From: an uncultured virus (IMG/VR IMGVR_UViG_3300031952_000012)
Taxonomy: Duplodnaviria; Heunggongvirae; Uroviricota; Caudoviricetes
IMG/VR virus record: IMGVR_UViG_3300031952_000012
DNA: 64,000 nucleotides
Reading direction: 5' to 3' (one strand)
Shown: piece after piece, positions 1 to 7,116 of the stretch
Position numbering within the stretch: position 1 is the stretch's first letter
How the letters are laid out: each line of letters begins with the position of its first letter
The notes under the pieces: generated by a model
Seen by the model: the letters and a program-made list of their open reading frames with translations, nothing else
The model's database searches: none
What the model was told of the DNA's origin: nothing
Made by a program: the position numbers and the translations under genes

Positions 1-155
1 TCGAGACCGTATCGAGTAAGCATAATCTTCTTGAGCTCGGCGAGCGCCTGCTCGTGACCGAGGTGTCCTTCTCGCCATTGACGCAAGAGCGCTTCTTCCT
101 TTTGCGCGTCGGCGTGTGAAATCAAATTCTCAATCCGTTCGTTCTCTCTGCTCAT
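1..155 (-). CDS. Hypothetical protein, 3' partial (MSRENERIENLISHADAQKEE...)
   Basis: Manual translation; open from ATG at 155 to the window edge. Confidence 0.55.
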   Translation of the reverse strand, partial: MSRENERIENLISHADAQKEEALLRQWREGHLGHEQALAELKKIMLTRYGL

Positions 156-342
156 CTTTCACCTCTTGCAAGGTCACCCGCGAGAGCGACCTACGATATA
201 TTTCTGCTAGTACTCTGACCTCCTTCACGTGTTGTGAAATGATAGCGCACTCGTCTTCAAGGTCTTGCACGGCCTTTCTCACGAGCGCAAACTGTTGTTC
301 GAGTACACTTGTGGTTGCGCTGAAATCCGTTGCGGTATCCAT
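130..342 (-). CDS. Small hypothetical coiled-coil protein
   Basis: 70 aa ORF with GGAGG SD upstream. Confidence 0.65.
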   Translation of the reverse strand: MDTATDFSATTSVLEQQFALVRKAVQDLEDECAIISQHVKEVRVLAEIYRRSLSRVTLQEVKDEQRERTD

Positions 343-475
343 GATGAAGTCCTCCCCGCTCTCCTCGATATCGATATCACCCCCCCTTGAGATTCCGTAT
401 AAAAATAATTCGAGGCCTTGAATTTCGAGGCTCTCTCGTATTTCATGCTAAAAAATTCCAGCGTTGCCAAAATTA

Positions 476-763
476 CTACTTTCTTCCTTCCCCCGGCAAA
501 GACCCGCCGGGCACGTACCACTTTGGTTTTGGCTCTTCTTTCACGCAAAGCAAAGGGTCACGAAAAACCGTTTCCGGCGGGTTTTCTGCGACCAATCCGC
601 CCGCAGCCTGGAAGCCATGCAAGTATGCGGAGCGAAGCGCTAGACGAATATCAACCGCTAGCACCACGTGTGAATCTAGCTGGTCCTGCAAGTAACTTTC
701 CATGTTATGCGCGCGCAAATATTTTTCAACTAAACCTGCCAATGCTTTGTCTAGGTCGTCCAT
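476..763 (-). CDS. Hypothetical early protein
   Basis: ORF 476..841; preferred start MDDLDK at 763 follows a GGAG SD. Confidence 0.6.
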   Translation of the reverse strand: MDDLDKALAGLVEKYLRAHNMESYLQDQLDSHVVLAVDIRLALRSAYLHGFQAAGGLVAENPPETVFRDPLLCVKEEPKPKWYVPGGSLPGEGRK

Positions 764-815
764 GTTTATCTCCGAAAGAAACGCCCGGCAAGATACACCG
801 GGCGTGAAAGTTATT

Positions 816-1847
816 TTATTGCTGTGTCGAGAAGGGGTCATACTCTCGGCTGATGGTCAGTCCTTCCCAATTAATAGAAACAAGAACGGCGTATTTCGGG
901 AAAACTTCACCCTCGCAATTCTCGCACGTGACCTGATGATAGCGCAAAGTACACCTAGCCTGCAAAAGCAACTCACGCACTTTCGCGACGAAGGCGGTAT
1001 GTATGGGATACAAATCTACTGGGAGTGACTCTGCATTCTCCGCGTAAAAGCTAACCGAACGCTGATAGCAAGAATCCGTACACTCGGGGCACTCATCTTT
1101 TTCAAGCGATTTGTAGCGCGCAAACTCCTCCATCGGTGCGAAAAAAATAATTCGCGCATACTTGCGCAAATCATCTTCGGCGAGAAGGCCATCGCGAAAT
1201 TGATTGGCGATCTCATTTGCGCCCTCTTCTTCCAATAACCCCTCGCGAAGGAATTTTTCGATGCGCTGCTTTTTCTCTCTATACTCGGACCCAAGCTCAG
1301 CGATCTCTTTTTCACGTTTTTCTTTTTCTGCTATCGATGCCGCAAGCCTAGCCGCGCAATTGGTCTGATATATCTCAGTCATTCGCGTCACTAGCGAAGG
1401 CATGATAACGCGCATTTCCTCCGCGCGACTGATAGTATCAGGGTCGATAGGCACATATCCAGGGCGACAAATACTAAGCACTCGCTCAAAATCAATAATC
1501 TCAGACTGAATCTCACGCGCCTCCGAAAAATCCCGCGAGTACGCCACGAGCTTTTCAAATTCATCGAGAGGCATCTCGACCTCGGGCGAAACCGCCTCAC
1601 CCTTGGCGAACAAATGCCAGAGCACGGTAAGTGTTTGATGATTCGTGTTATCGACCACTTCACCAGTAGTGAGATCGATGCGCCCGTAGGCACTCAATTG
1701 GGTCGCGGTCCCTTTAACCGTAACGAATATTTTTTGAGGGGGCACACCGAATTTGTCGGCATATGCAGCGAGATCGGGCGTCGCCCAATCGAGGAAAAAA
1801 TGGTTAACTTCTACTTCGTGGCATCGCACTACCATTTTCGTTTCCAT
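816..1847 (-). CDS. Hypothetical protein with coiled coil and C-terminal Cys-rich (CxxC) domain
   Basis: Long ORF; start METK at 1847 after GGAG; CPECTDSC and CENC motifs. Confidence 0.75.
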   Translation of the reverse strand: METKMVVRCHEVEVNHFFLDWATPDLAAYADKFGVPPQKIFVTVKGTATQLSAYGRIDLTTGEVVDNTNHQTLTVLWHLFAKGEAVSPEVEMPLDEFEKLVAYSRDFSEAREIQSEIIDFERVLSICRPGYVPIDPDTISRAEEMRVIMPSLVTRMTEIYQTNCAARLAASIAEKEKREKEIAELGSEYREKKQRIEKFLREGLLEEEGANEIANQFRDGLLAEDDLRKYARIIFFAPMEEFARYKSLEKDECPECTDSCYQRSVSFYAENAESLPVDLYPIHTAFVAKVRELLLQARCTLRYHQVTCENCEGEVFPKYAVLVSINWEGLTISREYDPFSTQQ

Positions 1848-1999
1848 TTGTGCTCCCATACCCAGACAATTCCGGGCGCCCTGCAATATCGAGCGAGACA
1901 ATTCTCGCCCGAGTGCTTCACCAGCAGTGCTACGCTCTCTTCCTCTCAATCATCGATGACTTTCCATGTTATGCGAGCGCAAAATTCAGCGGTCGTCAT
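1829..1999 (-). pseudogene. Small ORF interrupted by an in-frame TGA (1946-1948)
   Basis: ATG overlaps the upstream stop (ATGA); frame reads MTTAEFCARITWKVIDD*EEESVALLVKHSGENCLARYCRAPGIVWVWEHKWKRKW. Confidence 0.35.
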
Positions 2000-2331
2000 T
2001 TTTGTTCTCCAACTTCTAAAAACTCGTACAATTCGTCTTCACACTGAGAGCCGGCTTGCATAAGATAAGACGAATCCAAACCGACGACACGTGCACGCCG
2101 CATAACTTCCGCAAGGGCTTTGTATGGACCTTCACTGCGCGCAACAACTTTTTTCCTATCATGCTCTTCATCATCTCCCTGGCAAGAGCCTCGAGTCTCA
2201 AGCGCCACTGCCCGATAAGAAGCTCCGCGCCTTCCCACCTCGACCTTAACATCGTGATACTGGTGCCCCGGAACATGCCCATAAGGTTCACCCACAGTAA
2301 CAGATGCGATAGTTTTAAAACCGTTTTTCAT
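1996..2331 (-). CDS. Small early protein in leader-repeat array
   Basis: 111 aa, AAGGAG SD, preceded by the conserved hairpin. Confidence 0.8.
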   Translation of the reverse strand: MKNGFKTIASVTVGEPYGHVPGHQYHDVKVEVGRRGASYRAVALETRGSCQGDDEEHDRKKVVARSEGPYKALAEVMRRARVVGLDSSYLMQAGSQCEDELYEFLEVGEQK

Positions 2332-2362
2332 TTTAATTCTCCTTTGGCGTCATGCGCGCCAT

Positions 2363-2545
2363 TTAGCGAGCCTTTACTATTGTCAATTGAAACTCATCGT
2401 CGCCTATTCGTACGACCAATCCGCGATTACTCGTGAGCAGTCCCTCGGCGGAGAAAGTCGAAACTGTAATCGCTTTCTTCTCATCGATCTCATCAGATTC
2501 CTCGATAACGTTCATCAACAAAGTCTCAAAGACACTCTCTCGCAT
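2363..2545 (-). CDS. Small acidic early protein
   Basis: 60 aa, AAGGAG SD; GLVVR..D.EFQLTI motif that I recall from mobile-element small proteins. Confidence 0.75.
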   Translation of the reverse strand: MRESVFETLLMNVIEESDEIDEKKAITVSTFSAEGLLTSNRGLVVRIGDDEFQLTIVKAR

Positions 2546-2590
2546 TTTATTTTCTCCTTGAGCGTCATACGCTGATTGACTACCAGTGAA

Positions 2591-3175
2591 TTACCACTTG
2601 AAATACTCGCCAAATTTTTCGGCGTGAAGCTCGCAATAGCGACCAAGAAATTCAGCCGCCGAGTCATTTCCCCCTTCGCTACGCACTTTCTCGCGGAGTT
2701 CGGCGTTCATGAGCTCAACGACCTCGGGAGGCATCTCACTGCGTTGCCCCTGAAGAACAGCTGCACTGCTAGTATACGCGCCCGGGAAATCAATCGTGAC
2801 AATGACGTCGCCATCCTCGCAAACAGCGACGCCGCCAGCCGCCTGGCCGTTGTCGTCCATCTCAACCGCCGCTTGAATTGCCTCTCGGATGCCTCCCGAG
2901 ATTTCGATCTCTTCTTTGCAACTCGAGATCGTGTACCTATTCACGATCTCAAGATCATCGATTCCCTCGCCGATGAGAAGTGACTCTTCATCCCACGACC
3001 ACACGGCGCTCGTGAATTCGGGGGTCACCCCCCCGAAAATGGGAAGATCGGTCATATCAATTTGTTCAGCGAGGTGCGTCTCATGTCTGCGATCGTAGTT
3101 GTGAATGGATTTGATGCGGTCGAACAGATCCTCGAGACTGCTAGCCTCATTGACTTCGACATTCGGGGTTTCCAT
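2591..3175 (-). CDS. Acidic multidomain early protein with C-terminal AcrIC5-like domain (putative anti-CRISPR fusion)
   Basis: Start METPN after AAGGAG; C-terminal LMNAELRE...EFL..Y...HAEKF resembles AcrIC5 as I recall it (unverified). Confidence 0.65.
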   Translation of the reverse strand: METPNVEVNEASSLEDLFDRIKSIHNYDRRHETHLAEQIDMTDLPIFGGVTPEFTSAVWSWDEESLLIGEGIDDLEIVNRYTISSCKEEIEISGGIREAIQAAVEMDDNGQAAGGVAVCEDGDVIVTIDFPGAYTSSAAVLQGQRSEMPPEVVELMNAELREKVRSEGGNDSAAEFLGRYCELHAEKFGEYFKW

Positions 3176-3216
3176 TTTGATCTCCTTTGGCGCCATGCGC
3201 CAGGTTCACTGCCAGT

Positions 3217-3687
3217 TTACTTGGATATTTTCGCCAGAGCGGCGGCGAAGGCCGCGTTAAAGGGCGGCGCGACGACTACTGGTACCGGCGCGACCGCCGG
3301 CTGAACTATGCCCGCGTCGAGCAAAAATGCGGGGGAGACCTCGAGAGTCGTGCCGTTAACGACCTGTCGATACTCGGCAGACCGGCGCTTGTATTCATAT
3401 TTCTTATAAATTCCACCTTCTTGCACCGCGAGTACGGTGCAAAAGGCGTTGCCTTGAAGGTCTTCTCGTGCCACTTGAGACGACCCCGCGCCTTCGACTG
3501 GCGCGATATCTTCACCTACGACTACCCAGTCATTTCCGGCTTCGAGCCGGTAACACGAAATACCGGCCGACCGGCCGAGGGGAACAAGCGTCCCCTTAAA
3601 AATTTTCCGCCCCTGCAGCTCTTCCGACCCGATTATCTCGAGGCCGGTACGCCCATTGATGCTGTGGTGTTTAATCAATGTTTCCAT
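3217..3687 (-). CDS. Hypothetical early protein
   Basis: Start METLIK after GGGAG SD and leader hairpin. Confidence 0.75.
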   Translation of the reverse strand: METLIKHHSINGRTGLEIIGSEELQGRKIFKGTLVPLGRSAGISCYRLEAGNDWVVVGEDIAPVEGAGSSQVAREDLQGNAFCTVLAVQEGGIYKKYEYKRRSAEYRQVVNGTTLEVSPAFLLDAGIVQPAVAPVPVVVAPPFNAAFAAALAKISK

Positions 3688-3743
3688 TTTCGTTCTCCCT
3701 TTGGCGTCATGCGCCATTAACTGCCAGTGAATCTACTCGTTAG

Positions 3744-4040
3744 TCAAATCTGGTCATCGTGTCGACGCAAAAACGACACGAAACGGTTAATGTAAGCTAA
3801 TGCGTTTCCGCAGTAGTCGTCCCAGGCCTCTTCCTTCTCATCGACCTCCTCCTTCTCATCCGCTTTATCCCAGTCTTTAACCCTCCCCAGCGCGATAGCG
3901 ATGGGGATATCGTGCTCTGTGCTTGTTTCGCCAAATTCCGTCGTACTAACTGTACAAAAACCCTCACGGGTTTCTGTAATTTCTCTCCACCTGCAAACTT
4001 CATCTCCACTTGAGTCGACTTCGTGGTTGGTGAATTTCAT
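3744..4040 (-). CDS. Small highly acidic early protein
   Basis: 98 aa, D/E-rich. Confidence 0.7.
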   Translation of the reverse strand: MKFTNHEVDSSGDEVCRWREITETREGFCTVSTTEFGETSTEHDIPIAIALGRVKDWDKADEKEEVDEKEEAWDDYCGNALAYINRFVSFLRRHDDQI

Positions 4041-4156
4041 GGTTTAGCTCGCTTTGTTAGGTTGTTTACGCTGATCTCATCGGTCGAACAGATCGACAAG
4101 ACTGCTGGCATCATTGACTTGATTCTCCCTTTGGCGGCATGCGCCAGGTTCACTGC
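4037..4156 (-). pseudogene. Decayed 5' fragment of a paralogue of gene 2591..3175, with its leader
   Basis: 4081-4120 matches 3117-3156 (QVNDASSLVDLFDR* vs EVNEASSLEDLFDR); leader 4124-4156 matches 3181-3212. Confidence 0.75.
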
Positions 4157-4157
4157 T

Positions 4158-4445
4158 TTAAATCGCCGCTAATAATTTATTGAGCAAGTCAAACCGTAAA
4201 GTGAGATGACTTTTGATCCAAAAATCTGCGGCGGGTACCGCGTTAATCGCCTGCTCAAATCGTGCGATGACTTCAGGCGTTGCCGCACGCATCGCTACCG
4301 GGCTCTCAGTCATGCGACTCACGATGTCAGCTACTACGCGATATCGGATTTTTTCCGCCCATTGTATTTGTTTTTCCGAGCCTTGAAGCTTGGTCGTGAT
4401 ATTCACCGCTACTGTTCCATATGCGCTTTGATTTTTGATTTCCAT
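4158..4445 (-). CDS. Early protein with GSEKQ.xWA motif
   Basis: LQGSEKQIQWAEKIR...AADFWI motif; start MEIKN after AGGAG. Confidence 0.75.
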   Translation of the reverse strand: MEIKNQSAYGTVAVNITTKLQGSEKQIQWAEKIRYRVVADIVSRMTESPVAMRAATPEVIARFEQAINAVPAADFWIKSHLTLRFDLLNKLLAAI

Positions 4446-4569
4446 CTTGTATCTCCTGAGCGTCACACGCTCTCTTGTTTCTCAGTTAAACCAAAGAAGA
4501 ACCGCTTGACTGGCCAGAGCAATTTCTAGCGTTTCAAGATGTTCTTCTTTGTTTCAACCTTATATAACT

Positions 4570-4598
4570 AGTATAAGCGACCTATGCGAACTATGCAA
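4570..4598 (-). promoter_or_regulatory. Sigma70-type early promoter TTGCAT-N17-TATACT
   Basis: -35 at 4598-4593, -10 at 4575-4570, 17-nt spacer, A-tract upstream; points into the small-gene array. Confidence 0.75.
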
Positions 4599-4607
4599 GT
4601 GCCTCGC

Positions 4608-4892
4608 TTAACTATTTTTTTCGTCTAGCAATTTCAATCGCTTAGCCTCTTTTTCGAGTAAGAGTCGCTTTGACAATATCTCGCTCGTCCTCGTCATAAT
4701 CGCGGCAATCTCTGCCTCGCAGGTGTCGCACCCGTGGGCTCCTCTATCGCCCGCGAGATGCGCTTTTGCGGTCGCGCAAAGGTCGTGCGGTGGATATCGT
4801 GGGCATTTCACTGGTTGTGTATGCTGAAGATTATCACCGCAATTAAAATCGTCGCAGTTATGGCACACCTCGGATGGCGTCTTCTTATTCAC
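4608..4892 (-). CDS. Small Cys-rich (putative Zn-binding) protein
   Basis: CHNC, CDTC and further Cys; AGGAG upstream of GTG. Confidence 0.6.
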   Translation of the reverse strand: MNKKTPSEVCHNCDDFNCGDNLQHTQPVKCPRYPPHDLCATAKAHLAGDRGAHGCDTCEAEIAAIMTRTSEILSKRLLLEKEAKRLKLLDEKNS

Positions 4893-4946
4893 TGGTTGTG
4901 TGACTCCTGATTCTCACTGGCAGTGTCCAAACTTCCCGCGAAAAAA

Positions 4947-5027
4947 TCACTCCATCGTCGACAAAACATAAACCACGAGCGCTAGCACTATCGCGCCGAT
5001 GACCGCGTCAAACAGGTCGCAACACAC
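4947..5027 (-). CDS. Putative 26-aa single-pass membrane peptide
   Basis: GTG 2 nt after the FHA stop; VCCDLFDAVIGAIVLALVVYVLSTME. Confidence 0.3.
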   Translation of the reverse strand: MCCDLFDAVIGAIVLALVVYVLSTME

Positions 5028-5029
5028 GG

Positions 5030-5773
5030 TCAGAGTCGCACGAGCTTGAGCCACACTCGCCCGCCGAGCACTATCACCGACCCGAGCTCGACAGCGATCC
5101 TGTGCCCGTACAATCGAGGGTCGATGACGTCGGCTCCGAGTTGCGTTCCCGTGGACCCCTTGAAAATGAAAAGCTTATAAACGACTTTGTCGCCCTCGGT
5201 CGTTCTTAGCAAGCGCAAGTGCTGACGTGACACTCCCTGTGAAAATACACCGGGAACTTTTCCGAGGTCGAGGTCGGGAAAAATATCTCGTTGCGGGTCC
5301 TCTCGACCGATGAGCGTCACGTCACTCTCGATCCAGTGCGTTACAATGGTCTCTCGACCGTTCGAGTCGAGCACGAGGAGCGCATCGCCATGACGTTCGA
5401 CCTCATCGTTGGAAATGTCACCGTCACTCTGCTGATTTTTTTCATCGCGTTTCTGCTCGGCAGTGTCGACGACCTGCGAGGGTGGCGCGCCGGCGTTCTC
5501 TTTGTCGTCTACGCTGCTCTCGCCTTGCTGTTTCTCGGGCTCTGGCTGCCCCGCTGTTGGTTTTTCCCCCTCGGTTGGGGTGCTCACTAGATCGGGCGCC
5601 TTTGCGTTGACGGTGAGGGCCTCTGAGCCTTCGAGCGCTTCGGCGGGAATGAGCGGGAAGAGATCGGGCGGGGGAGGCAAATTGCCCGAGAGCAAATCTC
5701 CGCCGCAAGAATCGCATTTGATCGCCTCGGGGTTCTCGGTCACGCAAGAGCAAGTCGGGCATCTCTTTGCCAT
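5030..5773 (-). CDS. Zinc-ribbon plus FHA domain protein
   Basis: N-terminal CPTC...CDSC; disordered linker; FHA motifs IGR, VSRQH, STGT. Confidence 0.85.
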   Translation of the reverse strand: MAKRCPTCSCVTENPEAIKCDSCGGDLLSGNLPPPPDLFPLIPAEALEGSEALTVNAKAPDLVSTPTEGEKPTAGQPEPEKQQGESSVDDKENAGAPPSQVVDTAEQKRDEKNQQSDGDISNDEVERHGDALLVLDSNGRETIVTHWIESDVTLIGREDPQRDIFPDLDLGKVPGVFSQGVSRQHLRLLRTTEGDKVVYKLFIFKGSTGTQLGADVIDPRLYGHRIAVELGSVIVLGGRVWLKLVRL

Positions 5774-5774
5774 T

Positions 5775-7091
5775 TTAGTTCTCCTTCTTCTCGACCTGCA
5801 AACCGGGTTTCAAGAACGCGGGGCGCGCGGCGACAACCGTGCTCTCGACGACCGCGCGATTGACGGCGTCCATCGAGGTCAATCCCTCTGCGATAATCTC
5901 ATCGAGTATCGCCTCGTAACGCTGTCTCATTTTTTCGTCGTGCAACTCTGCGCACCGCTTCACTAACACTCTGAGATATTTTGTCACCTCGTTGATGCTG
6001 CCCTCGCCCTTCTTAAATTTCTCGTGCGCGGTCGTGAAATAGGAAGTGAGTTGCGTGATCGTCACTCGACGATAGACCTCGGAGACCTCTGCGTTTGCTA
6101 GCTGTGTCAGTTTTCTATCTGACACGAGCTCGACCGAGAAGAGTTTCTTCTCCGTTTGGTCGACCAAGTTCATCGCGGGAACGTCATAAAAAACGGTCGC
6201 TTCACACACAGTCTGTGTACCAGCGAGAGCGCTCTCCACGTCCATCACAACCAAGAACGAATATTCTTTTTCTGACTCGACATTCCCGACAATAAATTTT
6301 GCGGTCCGCTTGCTGTCAAGTTTTAGGTTGCCGAGAAATGCCTGCTCGGGCGCGGCCTTGTACGCGAGGCTTACCTCGACGGTCGAAGAGAATTTGAGCT
6401 CAAGGCGCACGTTCGCCACGACGAAATTCTCGACGCGTCCGACGATTCCCATCAGCGTCTCTTTGATTTTCTCGCTCTCGTTTGCAGCGAAGACCACGCC
6501 GTTGGAGCTCGTGACCATTTGCAAAAGATGATCGGCTTTGTAGTCGGCTCCCATGCCGACCGCGAAGAGTTGCACCTTTGACTCGGCGGCGGCAAGGGCA
6601 ACCGCGCTTGCCGTTTCCGGGAAATCGGCGACGCCGTCGGTCAAGAGGATGACGACCGAAACGGGCTTTTGACCTCTCTCGCAGGCGCGCGTTGCCTCTG
6701 TGATCGCGTCGGTCATATTCGTTGAGCCGCCGGCGAGATCACGAATGGCGTCTATCTGCGCGAGAATCTCGGAGCGGTTCGCGTCGGTGACCGTTTCGTT
6801 GTCGAGCAGAATGTGAATGCGCGATTGAAACGCGATGAGCGAAAACTTTTGGTTCTCGCTGACCGATGACGCGATCATCTTTGCCGCATCAATGGCGGCG
6901 TCGAGCTTGCCATTCACGAGCATCGACGCACTACAATCAAAGAGCAGGCAGAGCGACGCGTCGACTGGGAGCGAGACCTTCTGGTCGAGGTCGACACCCG
7001 GCTTTATTTTCACAAGCAGTTTAAGCTCGTGCTCGACACCCGTCATCAACTTCTCGTGGTCACCTAGCAACTGCAAGTCTAACAAGTTCAT
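5775..7091 (-). CDS. von Willebrand factor A (vWA) domain protein
   Basis: MIDAS DCSAS, GGST and LTDG; start MNLL at 7091 after GAGG. Confidence 0.9.
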   Translation of the reverse strand: MNLLDLQLLGDHEKLMTGVEHELKLLVKIKPGVDLDQKVSLPVDASLCLLFDCSASMLVNGKLDAAIDAAKMIASSVSENQKFSLIAFQSRIHILLDNETVTDANRSEILAQIDAIRDLAGGSTNMTDAITEATRACERGQKPVSVVILLTDGVADFPETASAVALAAAESKVQLFAVGMGADYKADHLLQMVTSSNGVVFAANESEKIKETLMGIVGRVENFVVANVRLELKFSSTVEVSLAYKAAPEQAFLGNLKLDSKRTAKFIVGNVESEKEYSFLVVMDVESALAGTQTVCEATVFYDVPAMNLVDQTEKKLFSVELVSDRKLTQLANAEVSEVYRRVTITQLTSYFTTAHEKFKKGEGSINEVTKYLRVLVKRCAELHDEKMRQRYEAILDEIIAEGLTSMDAVNRAVVESTVVAARPAFLKPGLQVEKKEN

Positions 7092-7116
7092 TCGCTGCCT
7101 CGCTCTCAAATCAAGT

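Larger units (their letters stand above)
2333..4473 (-). repeat. Six dispersed copies of a hairpin-SD leader element (hairpins at 2346-2357, 2561-2573, 3189-3201, 3703-3715, 4133-4145, 4458-4472)
   Basis: Sense consensus RGCG-YRTGV-CGCY followed within a few nt by an AGGAG/GGGAG SD; ACTGG(C/T)AGT 4-6 nt upstream of the hairpin in 3 copies and partial in a 4th. Confidence 0.9.

Noticed and set aside
1946..1948. Genome-wide TGA recoding
   Set aside because: Many genes end in TGA with ATGA overlaps, and core genes are intact under code 11
3204..3213. GTTCACTGCC matches the 5' end of the type I-F CRISPR repeat (possible RNA anti-CRISPR)
   Set aside because: Only 10 nt, antisense to transcription, and lacks the GGCAG stem partner and 3' handle; better explained by the leader palindrome
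2333..4473. CRISPR array or integron attC sites
   Set aside because: Units are separated by whole genes of variable length; no RYYYAAC/GTTRRRY box pairs, cas gene or integron integrase are visible
4807..4901. 14-bp direct repeat TTCACTGGTTGTGT (4807-4820, 4888-4901)
   Set aside because: Two short copies with no clear role; may be a local duplication or chance
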